Below are positions 27,244-37,211 of a stretch of DNA of 64,000 bases, in pieces. This DNA comes from an uncultured Gammaproteobacteria bacterium (GTDB lineage Bacteria > Patescibacteriota > Microgenomatia > CAZETR01 > Amesbacteraceae): assembly GCA_964366335.1 (NCBI GenBank), contig CAYITQ010000001.1, positions 41,336-105,335 of the forward strand. Reading direction: 5' to 3'. How positions within the stretch are numbered: position 1 is the stretch's first letter; each line of letters opens with the position of its first letter. A program made the position numbers and the translations under genes. The notes under the pieces are model-generated. The model searched no databases, was not told the origin of the DNA, and worked only from the letters and a program-made list of their open reading frames with translations.

Positions 27244-28765
27244 ACCAGTTATAATCCTGATTTTTTTAGTAGCGTTTTTCAAAACCACCCTTTTCTCATT
27301 TTATGGTTTCGGATTGGTGGACGAAGGAGAGAGCTTGCATAACGCCCAGAGGATATTGGAAGGGGATATACCGTATCGTGATTTTTTTGCCATATTTCCG
27401 CCTATGGACAATTATTATTTCGCTTTGATATTCAAACTATTTGGGGAATCAGTCCTTATACCCAGAATAATTTCCAGTATCATCTTTTCATTTACCCCTG
27501 TATTAATTTTTCTTATCTGTAAGAGATTCGCTCCGACAAAATTATCCACCATTCCAGCTATCTTAATTACATTTTCAGATGTTAATATTGAGCGTCTATA
27601 TATCTTTACTCCGATATTTTTAGGTGTATATCTGTATCTTCAGGCAGTTAATAGAAAAAAGAAGTGGCTTTTTGGCTGGTCAGGTTTTATGCTTGGATTG
27701 TCTAGTCTTATTCGATTGGATATTCCCGGAACATTCGGTGTGTCTGCGGTAATTGTACTGGCCGCTTATCTATTTCTAACCTCACATAAAAACTGGATAA
27801 AAAAATGGTTTATTTACTCGCTGTATATGGGAGTAGGTTTCGGATTACCCATTATGTTAATGATTGCATGGATGATTAATTTGGGTATTGTTGATACTTT
27901 TATAAATATGGCTTTGACTAGTGCTGTCACCATTACCCAGCTTCACCACTTACCCTTCCCATCTGTATTGAATTTAATTCCTTCCCGATTTGATTTAGCC
28001 GCCTTGGGTAGCACATTTACAGCCTATTACGGATATGCCATTCTGGCTACATATTTGGTTAGCACGCTCCTGGTTCTAAAAAAGATAACCGTCATAATCA
28101 AGAACAACATAGAAATTCCGGTCCTTATTCTTGCGGGAATACTCGCTCTGCCTTACATTTTTGGCCGGAGCGAGATGGGTCATCTGGTAAAAGGGGGAAC
28201 GCCATTTCTTATTTTGGGTGTATTTTTACTCAGAAATATTCAAAATTTAAAAATAAAAATAATTATATATGGATTACTTGCTGGTTTATTTTTTGCCACA
28301 ATATTTCAATCAATCTGGTGGATTCGTTTTAATGACCAAAAAATAAAAATAGCTAATCAAACCCTAAATATAAATTCTAAATACCCTACGAATTCGACCA
28401 AAGTTTCAGCAGAAAGTTTGAAAAGGTCAGTACTTTTTCTCCAAGAGAATTCTACTCTAACTGATCCGATATTAGCCTTACCATACATGGCAGGTCTCTA
28501 TTTTTTGGCTGATCGGACTAGTCCCACACAGTTTAATAATCTTTTGGCAGGGTTTATTACTACAGAAGAAGAACAACTAGAATTTGTTAGCAAAATCGAA
28601 GACAGCAACGTCAAAATCGTTATTTATGATCCTAACAATGGCCCCAAAATGAAGACGGCTAGAATGCAAGATTATAATCCACTGATTCACAAATACCTTA
28701 TAGAGAAATTTCAAATAGTTGAGCAAACTCCGGAAGGTTGGTTGTTCATGAAAAGAAAAATATGA
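27233..28765 (+). CDS. ArnT-like GT-C membrane glycosyltransferase
   Basis: 'VDEG...AQRILEGDIPYRDFF...PP'; multi-TM; C-terminal soluble domain 'YFLADR'. Confidence 0.83.
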   Translation: MINKPVIILIFLVAFFKTTLFSFYGFGLVDEGESLHNAQRILEGDIPYRDFFAIFPPMDNYYFALIFKLFGESVLIPRIISSIIFSFTPVLIFLICKRFAPTKLSTIPAILITFSDVNIERLYIFTPIFLGVYLYLQAVNRKKKWLFGWSGFMLGLSSLIRLDIPGTFGVSAVIVLAAYLFLTSHKNWIKKWFIYSLYMGVGFGLPIMLMIAWMINLGIVDTFINMALTSAVTITQLHHLPFPSVLNLIPSRFDLAALGSTFTAYYGYAILATYLVSTLLVLKKITVIIKNNIEIPVLILAGILALPYIFGRSEMGHLVKGGTPFLILGVFLLRNIQNLKIKIIIYGLLAGLFFATIFQSIWWIRFNDQKIKIANQTLNINSKYPTNSTKVSAESLKRSVLFLQENSTLTDPILALPYMAGLYFLADRTSPTQFNNLLAGFITTEEEQLEFVSKIEDSNVKIVIYDPNNGPKMKTARMQDYNPLIHKYLIEKFQIVEQTPEGWLFMKRKI

Positions 28766-29388
28766 CCAAGATAAATTATATTTTGACCCGCGTTTGCTAT
28801 AAGACAGAAACTCCTGACGATTTAGATATCTTAGTTCATCCTGAAGATTTTGAAAGGTTTATTCTAAAACATCAGAAAATAGGATATAAGCGATTGTCGC
28901 ACGATCACGCTCTCGGTGGTAGAATCGCGGGGATGCAAGTAAATCTGGTAAAGCCCGGAAAGATAAAGATTGATTTGCATCAGGATTTTACTTGGCGTCG
29001 CACACAATATGTTGATTTAAATAAACTCTGGGAAAATTCTCAAAAAAACAGGCTCGACTCTACTTGGGATGCGTTTTTAATTATGATAAACGTAATTTTT
29101 GAAAAGACCTATTTTATGCCGGACGAATTTGAATTATTAATTTCTCAATGGCAAAAAATTAATAAATCTCCGGAATTTAGTCAACAAGCCATCAAATATG
29201 GTTGGAATAATACATTTATTAATTTCAAAAATTGGATGGAAAAATATCAACAAAAAACCAAATTCCCGTTGTTTTTACCTATCAGATTAGTACTAAGTTC
29301 TTATCTTGATAAATTTGATTTTGTGAGTTTGGCTTACTACCTTTTTTTCCGTATTAGATACGAGGTTAATAATAAATTACCTTATTAA
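28762..29388 (+). CDS. Putative nucleotidyltransferase (pol-beta-like DxD)
   Basis: 'DDLDILV' and 'KIDLH' motifs. Confidence 0.6.
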   Translation: MTKINYILTRVCYKTETPDDLDILVHPEDFERFILKHQKIGYKRLSHDHALGGRIAGMQVNLVKPGKIKIDLHQDFTWRRTQYVDLNKLWENSQKNRLDSTWDAFLIMINVIFEKTYFMPDEFELLISQWQKINKSPEFSQQAIKYGWNNTFINFKNWMEKYQQKTKFPLFLPIRLVLSSYLDKFDFVSLAYYLFFRIRYEVNNKLPY

Positions 29389-29393
29389 AAGAT

Positions 29394-30014
29394 ATGATTT
29401 TTAAAAGAGGGATTTTAATAACATTTACGGGGATTGATGGTGTCGGGAAAAGCACTCAAGTAAAACTTTTGTCCAATTATCTAATTAAGTGTGGTAACAA
29501 AGTTAATGTGGGAGAATCGATGTTTACATATTTCTTGCTTAAACCATTGATGGGACTTTTGAGATTAACAACAGGTAGTTTATCATCGGGCCCGGTTAAG
29601 CGTAACAAAAACCCATTTTTGAAATTATGGTTTATATTTGCTTTTATAGATATTTGGGCAGCATATATTTTCAAAATACGTCCAATTATCGTAAATAACG
29701 ATTTTGTCATTGCAGATAGGTTTTATACTGATATTTGGGCTAATCTTTTTTATTATGGTTATTGCCCGGCTTGGGCATTTAATTTCTTTGTAAAACTATT
29801 ACCTAAGTCCGATATACCTATAATGCTGTCAGCAGAGCCCAAAACTATTTTTAAACGCGAACAAGAATTTCCTCCAGATTATTATTATGAACAGCAAAAG
29901 ATATATCAAAGTTTAGCCAAACTTATCAAATTCCATATTATTGATGCAAATGGAGATAAGAATAGTGTATTTAAGAACGTTAAGAAAATTTTGACCCATT
30001 ATAATGTTTTTTAA
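29394..30014 (+). CDS. Thymidylate-kinase-like P-loop kinase
   Basis: 'ITFTGIDGVGKSTQ' P-loop and 'IADRF'; hydrophobic insert between them. Confidence 0.8.
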   Translation: MIFKRGILITFTGIDGVGKSTQVKLLSNYLIKCGNKVNVGESMFTYFLLKPLMGLLRLTTGSLSSGPVKRNKNPFLKLWFIFAFIDIWAAYIFKIRPIIVNNDFVIADRFYTDIWANLFYYGYCPAWAFNFFVKLLPKSDIPIMLSAEPKTIFKREQEFPPDYYYEQQKIYQSLAKLIKFHIIDANGDKNSVFKNVKKILTHYNVF

Positions 30015-30888
30015 CTATATTAAATTACTTCGGGTTAACCACTGGTTCAAAAATATTTTTATTATTCCCGGGGTATTCTTGGCAATAATGTCAAATAATA
30101 ACTTCGATATCTCGCCAAATCTATTTGTGAGTATAATTGGAGCATTTTTATTAACCTCAGTTATATCCTCCGTTAATTATATTGTAAACCAAATTGCAGA
30201 TGTAAAATTTGACGCAAAACACCCAGATAAAAAAAATAGGCCGATTCCTTCTGGAACAATTTCCATAGTAAGTGCAAGCTTAACCGCGATTTTTTTGTTA
30301 TTAATTAGTGGTGCGATTGCATACATATACTTTAGTGTTAATTTCTTCTCCACACTTTTGGTTCTATGGCTTGCCGGTATTGTATACAACATTAGGCCTA
30401 TTAGGCTTAAAGATATTCCTTACATAGATGTAATTTCAGAATCTTTTAACAATCCACTTAGGTTTCTGTTGGGATGGTTTGTTGTGGTGAAATCAGAGTA
30501 TCCGTCTCTAATGGTTATATTATTGACTTGGACATTTGGAGCCGTATTCATGACGGCAAAAAGATATGACGAACTAAGGTATTATGGAAAAAAACTGGTA
30601 CCATATAGGCATACCTTTAATACCTATTCCCTTAAAAGCCTTTTAGTTATGATGTATTTCTATGTTTCTTTATCGACGATCTTAGTATTATATTTGATTT
30701 TTAAATATAACAATTCTCTTTTAGTTGGAGTCCCATTTATGTTAATGTTTCTGTTGTGGATAGTGGAGAAAGCAAAATCGGGTGATGCCAGAACGAGAGA
30801 TGTAGAGGCATTTGTCTTTAATCATAAATTTGTTTTATATTTTATTTTGACCTTACTATTCTTTGGTTTTCTCTATTTCTACAATTAA
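30004..30888 (+). CDS. UbiA family prenyltransferase, decaprenyl-phosphate phosphoribosyltransferase-like
   Basis: 'LLRVNHWFKN', 'YIVNQIADVKFDAKHPDKKNRPIPSG', 'AKRYDEL'. Confidence 0.85.
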   Translation: MFFNYIKLLRVNHWFKNIFIIPGVFLAIMSNNNFDISPNLFVSIIGAFLLTSVISSVNYIVNQIADVKFDAKHPDKKNRPIPSGTISIVSASLTAIFLLLISGAIAYIYFSVNFFSTLLVLWLAGIVYNIRPIRLKDIPYIDVISESFNNPLRFLLGWFVVVKSEYPSLMVILLTWTFGAVFMTAKRYDELRYYGKKLVPYRHTFNTYSLKSLLVMMYFYVSLSTILVLYLIFKYNNSLLVGVPFMLMFLLWIVEKAKSGDARTRDVEAFVFNHKFVLYFILTLLFFGFLYFYN

Positions 30889-30893
30889 GGGAT

Positions 30894-32435
30894 ATGAAAC
30901 GAAAAATTAAAATAGAATTTCATGTTCATACAAATTATTCATATGACAGTGCTACTTCATTTCAAGACTTAATTGATCGTTGTATTCAAAAAAGGATTGA
31001 TGTATTAGTAATCACAGATCATAATCAAATTGAAGGAGCATTACGGCTTCAGTCAATTGCTCCCTTCAGAGTAATAGTAGGTGAAGAGGTGCTGACTCAG
31101 GAGGGTGAGATTATTGGACTATTTCTAAAAAAACACATCGTTTCGGGATTTTCAATGACAGACACGATAAAGGAAATTAAACGACAGGGCGGAATTGTAT
31201 ATTTACCTCACCCTTTTGATACCACCTCACGGAAAACAGCAATTCATAAGAGCTCCTTGATTAAAAACATAAATGATATTGACATAATTGAAGTGTTTAA
31301 CGGTAGAACTATAAAACCTTGGGACAATCTGAGAGCTGAGAAGTTTGCTAATCAAATTAAGAAAATTAGATGTATTGGTAGCGATGCCCACACAAAATAT
31401 GAGATTGGCAGAAACTTTGTGATCATGGAAGACTTTGCTGGTACCGACGAGTTTTTGAGAAATCTCTCCCAGGCTACCATGCACAGAGCCTTGGTTATAC
31501 CTTGGGTTTTTTTACTAACAAAATATCACCGGTTTATCAAAAGAAGATTTCCACAAACAGAATCGACAATTCATATTTGCGATCTTTGTGGCAGTATTAG
31601 GTCTAAGCTGGTATACAAAAAGAGAGGGGTCGCGCAAAAAAGCTATTTTATTTCCGATAATTCTTATGGAGATCATTTACAAATAGTCCAATGTTTGGAC
31701 TGCAATTTGGTTTATTGTTCACCAAGAGTCGAGAATGAGAAACTGACAGAGCGGTACTCGGCTTTTAAAGACCCAAACTATGAACAGGAAAGACTGGCCC
31801 GGAAAAAAACACACTCGAGACTGTTTACAAAAATACAGGCTGAATATCCCAGGCCTGGTAAATTATTGGATGTCGGTTGCGCAACAGGGACATTTTTAGA
31901 AGTTGTTAAAACCAATGGTTGGACAGGGGTGGGGTTAGAACCTTCAGCTTGGGCTTCCCGGCTTGGTCGGAGTAAATATGGCTTAAATATTATTAAGGGT
32001 GCAATTGAGGCGGTAAAATTACCGGCCAATCAATTTGATGTGGTAACCTGCCTTGATGTTATTGAGCATGTTGCTTCGCCAAAGACATTATTAAAAACTA
32101 TCCATCGGGTTTTAAGAAAAGACGGGTTGTTGTGCCTTGTGACGCCAGATCTGGGTAGCCTAATGTCTCAATTATTGGGGGAGAACTGGTGGCATATCCG
32201 ACCGGATCATATCTATTATTTCACGAAAGAGACATTAAGGCTGTTGCTTGAAGCGCAGGGATTTAAGATAGAAAAGATTGACAAATATAGCTGGACATTT
32301 AGCCTAAATTACTGGATTTCGCGATTGCAAAATAAAGTCCCCGGATTGTATAAGATTCTGGGATTTTTTCGTAATAATCAGTTTTTGACCATAAACTTTT
32401 GGGACTCACTGGAAGTATATGCCCGTAAAGTGTAA
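30894..32435 (+). CDS. PHP phosphoesterase fused to Zn-ribbon/class I SAM methyltransferase
   Basis: 'HVHTNYSYDS', 'ITDHN', 'PHPF', 'GSDAH'; then 'CDLCG...CLDC' and 'LLDVGCATG', 'DVIEHV'. Confidence 0.85.
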   Translation: MKRKIKIEFHVHTNYSYDSATSFQDLIDRCIQKRIDVLVITDHNQIEGALRLQSIAPFRVIVGEEVLTQEGEIIGLFLKKHIVSGFSMTDTIKEIKRQGGIVYLPHPFDTTSRKTAIHKSSLIKNINDIDIIEVFNGRTIKPWDNLRAEKFANQIKKIRCIGSDAHTKYEIGRNFVIMEDFAGTDEFLRNLSQATMHRALVIPWVFLLTKYHRFIKRRFPQTESTIHICDLCGSIRSKLVYKKRGVAQKSYFISDNSYGDHLQIVQCLDCNLVYCSPRVENEKLTERYSAFKDPNYEQERLARKKTHSRLFTKIQAEYPRPGKLLDVGCATGTFLEVVKTNGWTGVGLEPSAWASRLGRSKYGLNIIKGAIEAVKLPANQFDVVTCLDVIEHVASPKTLLKTIHRVLRKDGLLCLVTPDLGSLMSQLLGENWWHIRPDHIYYFTKETLRLLLEAQGFKIEKIDKYSWTFSLNYWISRLQNKVPGLYKILGFFRNNQFLTINFWDSLEVYARKV

Positions 32436-32446
32436 AATACCTCGAA

Positions 32447-34114
32447 ATGCATAAATATCGCTTGGCACTTACGAGCTCAATATTGATTATTTTGGTTTCC
32501 TTAATTTCATTTTGGAAAATAAATCAGATTTTTTTCCAACAAGACGAATGGCTTGGGCTAGGTGGGGCAATTTATAGACAAGAAACCTTAGGGACACTAG
32601 GAAGTATTTTCCAAGTTTTTAATTTTCAAAATAGAAATGAGTCTACTCGTTTTTTACCAATAACTTCAATAGCAAATCACTTTCTTTACAATAATTTTAG
32701 ATTAAATACTGGTGCTTATGGATTATTATCCCTGACGATTGTCATAATCTGCGCACTTTTGATTAATAGCATCGTTTACAAATTGACAAACTCCCATTTG
32801 ATTTCCACGATCACCTCTCTTTTATGGATAACCAATAATTTAGCTTATCAAGCCATTACTTGGATCGGTACTATGGTGCCTTCATTGCTTACAGTGCTGT
32901 TTTTTCTCTTAGGTTTATATTTTTTACTGGTTTATAACAAAAAAAAGAAAAGTTATTTATATGTGGTATCTATCATTTGTGTTACGCTATCTTTATTTTC
33001 CAAAGAATCCAGTGTTTTTTATTTAATAACCTATTCAATGGTCATATGCTTTTTCTTTAAAGAGGGATTTAACAAATTTAAAAAAATAAAACTAGTTGTA
33101 TTACTTTTTATTCCATTATTTATAGGTTTAATCTTTCCAAGGTTACTTTTCTCCCTATATAACCAAAATAATTTTTCCCCGTCAGTAGCCTCTGCCAATA
33201 AAGTAGAGATCGTCTATAACTTTTTCTTAATTCCTGCTAAGAGTTTGTTCCATGTCTACTTTCCTCAAAAAAAGATTTATGAGCTAACATATTTAGCCAA
33301 CAACATTCATTATTCAGCTCAAACAAATGGTTTTGTGGTGGAGAGTATTATCACAGACGCACTATCTTTGTTAATTGCTTTTTATTTTATGCTAATAATT
33401 TTTATTGTTATTTTATTGACTAAAATCGAACATCGGAAAATTATCCTTTTTTCTTTAATATCTTTTTTTGCTTCAACTTTACCATTTGTAATTTTTAAAA
33501 ACGATGCAGCTGTTTTAGAAAACAGATTTTATATTTTTCTTGCACTTTGGGCAAGTTTACTTTTAAGCTCAATTATTTTTGCCCTTTTTTCCAGATTTGG
33601 AAAATTCAGAAACATATTAATGATATCGGTATTGGGACCGATTATTTTTTATTATGTTTCTGGCATACATAAATCTCTGGCCCAGGATATATTAGTGGGC
33701 AACTATAGAAAAGATATTATAAATACAGTTTCAGAGATTAAATCAGAGCTTAAGAAAAATAATGTATTTTATTTTTATACTAATAATAACGGTTTTTACG
33801 AGTTTCAATCCGGCTTTGGGCAGACATTGGCAGTTTTTCTCTACGACAGTGGTAAGATACCCAAAGGGGTTTTGATTGATAAAGACTACTGGGATCCATC
33901 CTTTGAAGGTTTAAAAAGTTTTAATCAAGGTAAATTTGGTTATTTTATGACTTATACTAGATTAGTTGAGGCGCTTAAAAATAATAAAGATATAAACTTA
34001 GACTCGGTTTATAGTTTTTATTGGGATCCTCAAAAGCATACAGTAAAGAATGTTTCTGATGATATTAGAGAGAAGTTAAAAAAAGACACTACAAATGAAA
34101 AAACTTCTCTCTAA
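32447..34114 (+). CDS. GT-C-like multi-pass membrane protein
   Basis: 'FFQQDEW' after TM1, 'SLFSKES', 'ENRFYIF'. Confidence 0.7.
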   Translation: MHKYRLALTSSILIILVSLISFWKINQIFFQQDEWLGLGGAIYRQETLGTLGSIFQVFNFQNRNESTRFLPITSIANHFLYNNFRLNTGAYGLLSLTIVIICALLINSIVYKLTNSHLISTITSLLWITNNLAYQAITWIGTMVPSLLTVLFFLLGLYFLLVYNKKKKSYLYVVSIICVTLSLFSKESSVFYLITYSMVICFFFKEGFNKFKKIKLVVLLFIPLFIGLIFPRLLFSLYNQNNFSPSVASANKVEIVYNFFLIPAKSLFHVYFPQKKIYELTYLANNIHYSAQTNGFVVESIITDALSLLIAFYFMLIIFIVILLTKIEHRKIILFSLISFFASTLPFVIFKNDAAVLENRFYIFLALWASLLLSSIIFALFSRFGKFRNILMISVLGPIIFYYVSGIHKSLAQDILVGNYRKDIINTVSEIKSELKKNNVFYFYTNNNGFYEFQSGFGQTLAVFLYDSGKIPKGVLIDKDYWDPSFEGLKSFNQGKFGYFMTYTRLVEALKNNKDINLDSVYSFYWDPQKHTVKNVSDDIREKLKKDTTNEKTSL

Positions 34115-37100
34115 ATTCAATGTATACCACATCGAGATACTTTTTTTGTTAATCGTGGGTTTAATCCCACTCTTGTGGTACAAGGTTGGTTACATTGGTT
34201 TGGGTCACGATATGGGTTTCCCCCTCGCCCCAGTAGGTCATTTTTTAGACAGACTTTATACATGGACAGATAGACTTGGTCCGTTCGGTTCAAATGCTGT
34301 ACAAGTTCTTCCAGGTGTGTTTATACATGGATTAGAGGCTTTGCTGTCATCTATTGGATTTTCACTGCTAACGGTTCAAAAAATAACTTATATCTTTTGG
34401 TTTATTCTTCCTGGAATTACCATGTATACACTTCTTCGTTACCTCCATCCAAACAAGGAAGATTATCCGATCAGAGTATCAGGTAGCATGTTTTACATGA
34501 TGAATCATTACCTTCTTCAAGCCTGGACTATCGCGGAAAGAACCAAGTTTTCAATTGTCGCAGCTCTGCCAATAGTTGTACTTTTAATAATTAAAGTATT
34601 ACACAAAAAAGAGTCTCCTGTAAAAAACTCAATACTTTTTGCTTTAACTTTATTTTTTCTAAATGGCGGGGAGGGCATTCCGCTATTAATTAGCTTATTT
34701 GTAGCGGTTATAACGACAATTATAACATACTTCTTTTTGTCGAACGAGAATTTTTGGCCTAAGGCAAAAAGGCTACTTATTTTTTCTTTTTTAGCTGCCT
34801 TATTCTGGATATTGTTAAGCGGCTACTGGCTTTATCCTTACTTTAAGTCTTATAGCCAAGCATTTGGACAAAGATCGGATGTAGCAGGGGGAACCGCGGG
34901 AGCTATTTCTTGGAGCCAGGGAATAAGCGCAAACACTAGTTGGATAAACCTGTTTAGGCTGAGGGGAATACCGGATTGGTATGCCAGTCCCGATCATCCA
35001 TACGCAAATGAGTTTTTCAAAAATCCACTATTATTGTTTTTAAACATTCTTTTTCCGGCAATAGCTTTAATTAGTCTTTTAAGTCCCAATAAAATAAAAA
35101 TTTACTTTTTAGGCTTGTTACTGATCTCAATTCCGCTTTCTGCAGGAAGTCATCCTCCCTTGGGAATACTTTACGATTACTTGCTGGTTAATGTGCCGGG
35201 TTTTATTATGTTTCGCTCTGGTTTTTTTAAATTTGGAATGATTATTTGGTTTGCCTATGCTTATTTGATCGCCGTAGGAGTCAAAGACACAATAGTCCGG
35301 TTAAAACAAATCCCCTTGGTTTTGCTTGGTGGATTTATAGTTTCACTTTTTATATATAATTATCCCTTTTTGTCAGGAGTTTTTTTCGATTATTCTAAAG
35401 GAAAATCTACAATGGTAAAGGTACCTGATTATATCTTTGAAGCGAAAAAAGAGCTTGATAGTAATAAATTTTCGACTAGAACTTTGTATTTACCAAATGC
35501 AGACATAAGGACTGAATATATAGAGTACGATTGGGACTATTTTAGTCTAAGTGAACTCACAGATATTATGGGGAGGAAGTCTTCAATAAGAAACGGTGTC
35601 TTAGCAAGACCCAACGAGAGAGATTTAATGGTTGGCGTCTTGTCAGAATACATTAAATTCGGAAACTCCAATTTAGTTAAACTTATAGGTGCTGACAGAG
35701 CCGTAGTGCAAAATGACTTTATTTCACCAGATTATGAAGGCAATCCTTTAAGCGGGATAAAAGAATCATTTAAGAAATCCAAGGATTTTACTTTTAAGAA
35801 TAGTTTAGGAAAATGGGATTTTTATGACTACAACAAGGATATTCTTCCTCAAATTTACTCTCCATCGACTGTTACATTTATTTCGTCTGATCAAAAAGAA
35901 TTAAGCTTAGTCGCAAATATGCCGGGGGCTTTAGATAGCAACGCTTTTTTGTGGTCTGACTCTCCGGAAGACAGCAATAAGAAAGAAATTTTCTCTAAGC
36001 TTATTATCCAAGCCCGATGTGCCGATTGTCCTCCTGTAGATAACTATCAAATATACTTCGCCACATCAAAGGTGTTAATACCCGGTACCGTTTTTTATCC
36101 GCTTGGTAAATTTGTAACTGACGCGAGAACACTCCTTGCTGGTAATCCAATTACTAGACTAGATATTAATTTGTCTACCTCTACAACTTTAATTTCTGAT
36201 CTGGGTTCCCTTCAAGCCAAAAGTGATGAAAAAGGGATAAAGGTAGCAACGGGAGATCTGGCTAAAAACTTAGAAGAAATAAAAAATAACTTAGAAGACA
36301 TTTCTGATCCGAAAATTAAAAAAGAGGTTCTCAAAAAAGTGCGTTTTTTCTTGTCGTTTTTTGTTTCTTATGAGACTCAGTGGGCAGTTGCTGCCCAGCC
36401 GGGACCGATAAAGTCAGACTTGGAAAGTCTTGAGACTGAATTGAGAAAGTCAGTGGCTGAAATTGAAGGAGAGACAGGATACCCCAAAGTAGAAAAGGAT
36501 GCTTTATTATATAAATACAGCCTTGACATTTCCCAAGCGGGTGATTACGATCTCTATCTCTACAATCCATCTTCCTTAAGCGATGGAATAACATTGAATG
36601 TTAATAACCGTATTTTTAGAGCACGAAAGCTTAATTCAAATTGGTACAAAATTACCAAAGTGCCTTTGGGGAATACTCCGACATTAATAGAGATTACAAA
36701 AACTCAAGCTTCTGAAACAAGACCAGTAATTTTTGTTGAGCTAGAGACGGGTGCTCCTGATTTAGGCTCACCGAATATTGAGTTTGTGGCCTTAAACCAA
36801 ACCAAGTATTTAGTGCAAGCAAAAGGAAGTGAACATTTTTTGTTGGGTTTTAACTCGCGTTTTGATCCAAATTGGAGTCTAAGAGAGATAAGTTCAAAAC
36901 TGGCAAATAAATATTTTGTGGGAGACAAAAGAATTTTCTTAAAGGGGAAAGTTATTGAATATGAAAGAGGCGATAAACATGTAATTACAGATTTAGTGTT
37001 TCCAAAGAGCAAATATAAACTAACACCATCGTTTCAGCTTAATGGCTTTTCAAATGGTTGGCTAGTAGATTCTAACGATGCTAATAGCGAAAAAACTTTT

Positions 37101-37211
37101 CTTTTAGAATATAATAACCAAAATGATTATTACAAAGCTCTCGCAGTGAGTCTTGCTACTCTCATTTTTATCTTAGGAATGTTAATATACTTAAATAATG
37201 AAACTACCTAA
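34095..37211 (+). CDS. Large GT-C protein (AftD/DUF3367-like) with extracytoplasmic domains
   Basis: N-terminal ~13 TM with 'GHDMGFP' and 'FRSGFFKF'; long soluble region; C-terminal 'FDPNW...NGFSNGW' then a TM anchor. Confidence 0.72.
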   Translation: MKKLLSKFNVYHIEILFLLIVGLIPLLWYKVGYIGLGHDMGFPLAPVGHFLDRLYTWTDRLGPFGSNAVQVLPGVFIHGLEALLSSIGFSLLTVQKITYIFWFILPGITMYTLLRYLHPNKEDYPIRVSGSMFYMMNHYLLQAWTIAERTKFSIVAALPIVVLLIIKVLHKKESPVKNSILFALTLFFLNGGEGIPLLISLFVAVITTIITYFFLSNENFWPKAKRLLIFSFLAALFWILLSGYWLYPYFKSYSQAFGQRSDVAGGTAGAISWSQGISANTSWINLFRLRGIPDWYASPDHPYANEFFKNPLLLFLNILFPAIALISLLSPNKIKIYFLGLLLISIPLSAGSHPPLGILYDYLLVNVPGFIMFRSGFFKFGMIIWFAYAYLIAVGVKDTIVRLKQIPLVLLGGFIVSLFIYNYPFLSGVFFDYSKGKSTMVKVPDYIFEAKKELDSNKFSTRTLYLPNADIRTEYIEYDWDYFSLSELTDIMGRKSSIRNGVLARPNERDLMVGVLSEYIKFGNSNLVKLIGADRAVVQNDFISPDYEGNPLSGIKESFKKSKDFTFKNSLGKWDFYDYNKDILPQIYSPSTVTFISSDQKELSLVANMPGALDSNAFLWSDSPEDSNKKEIFSKLIIQARCADCPPVDNYQIYFATSKVLIPGTVFYPLGKFVTDARTLLAGNPITRLDINLSTSTTLISDLGSLQAKSDEKGIKVATGDLAKNLEEIKNNLEDISDPKIKKEVLKKVRFFLSFFVSYETQWAVAAQPGPIKSDLESLETELRKSVAEIEGETGYPKVEKDALLYKYSLDISQAGDYDLYLYNPSSLSDGITLNVNNRIFRARKLNSNWYKITKVPLGNTPTLIEITKTQASETRPVIFVELETGAPDLGSPNIEFVALNQTKYLVQAKGSEHFLLGFNSRFDPNWSLREISSKLANKYFVGDKRIFLKGKVIEYERGDKHVITDLVFPKSKYKLTPSFQLNGFSNGWLVDSNDANSEKTFLLEYNNQNDYYKALAVSLATLIFILGMLIYLNNETT

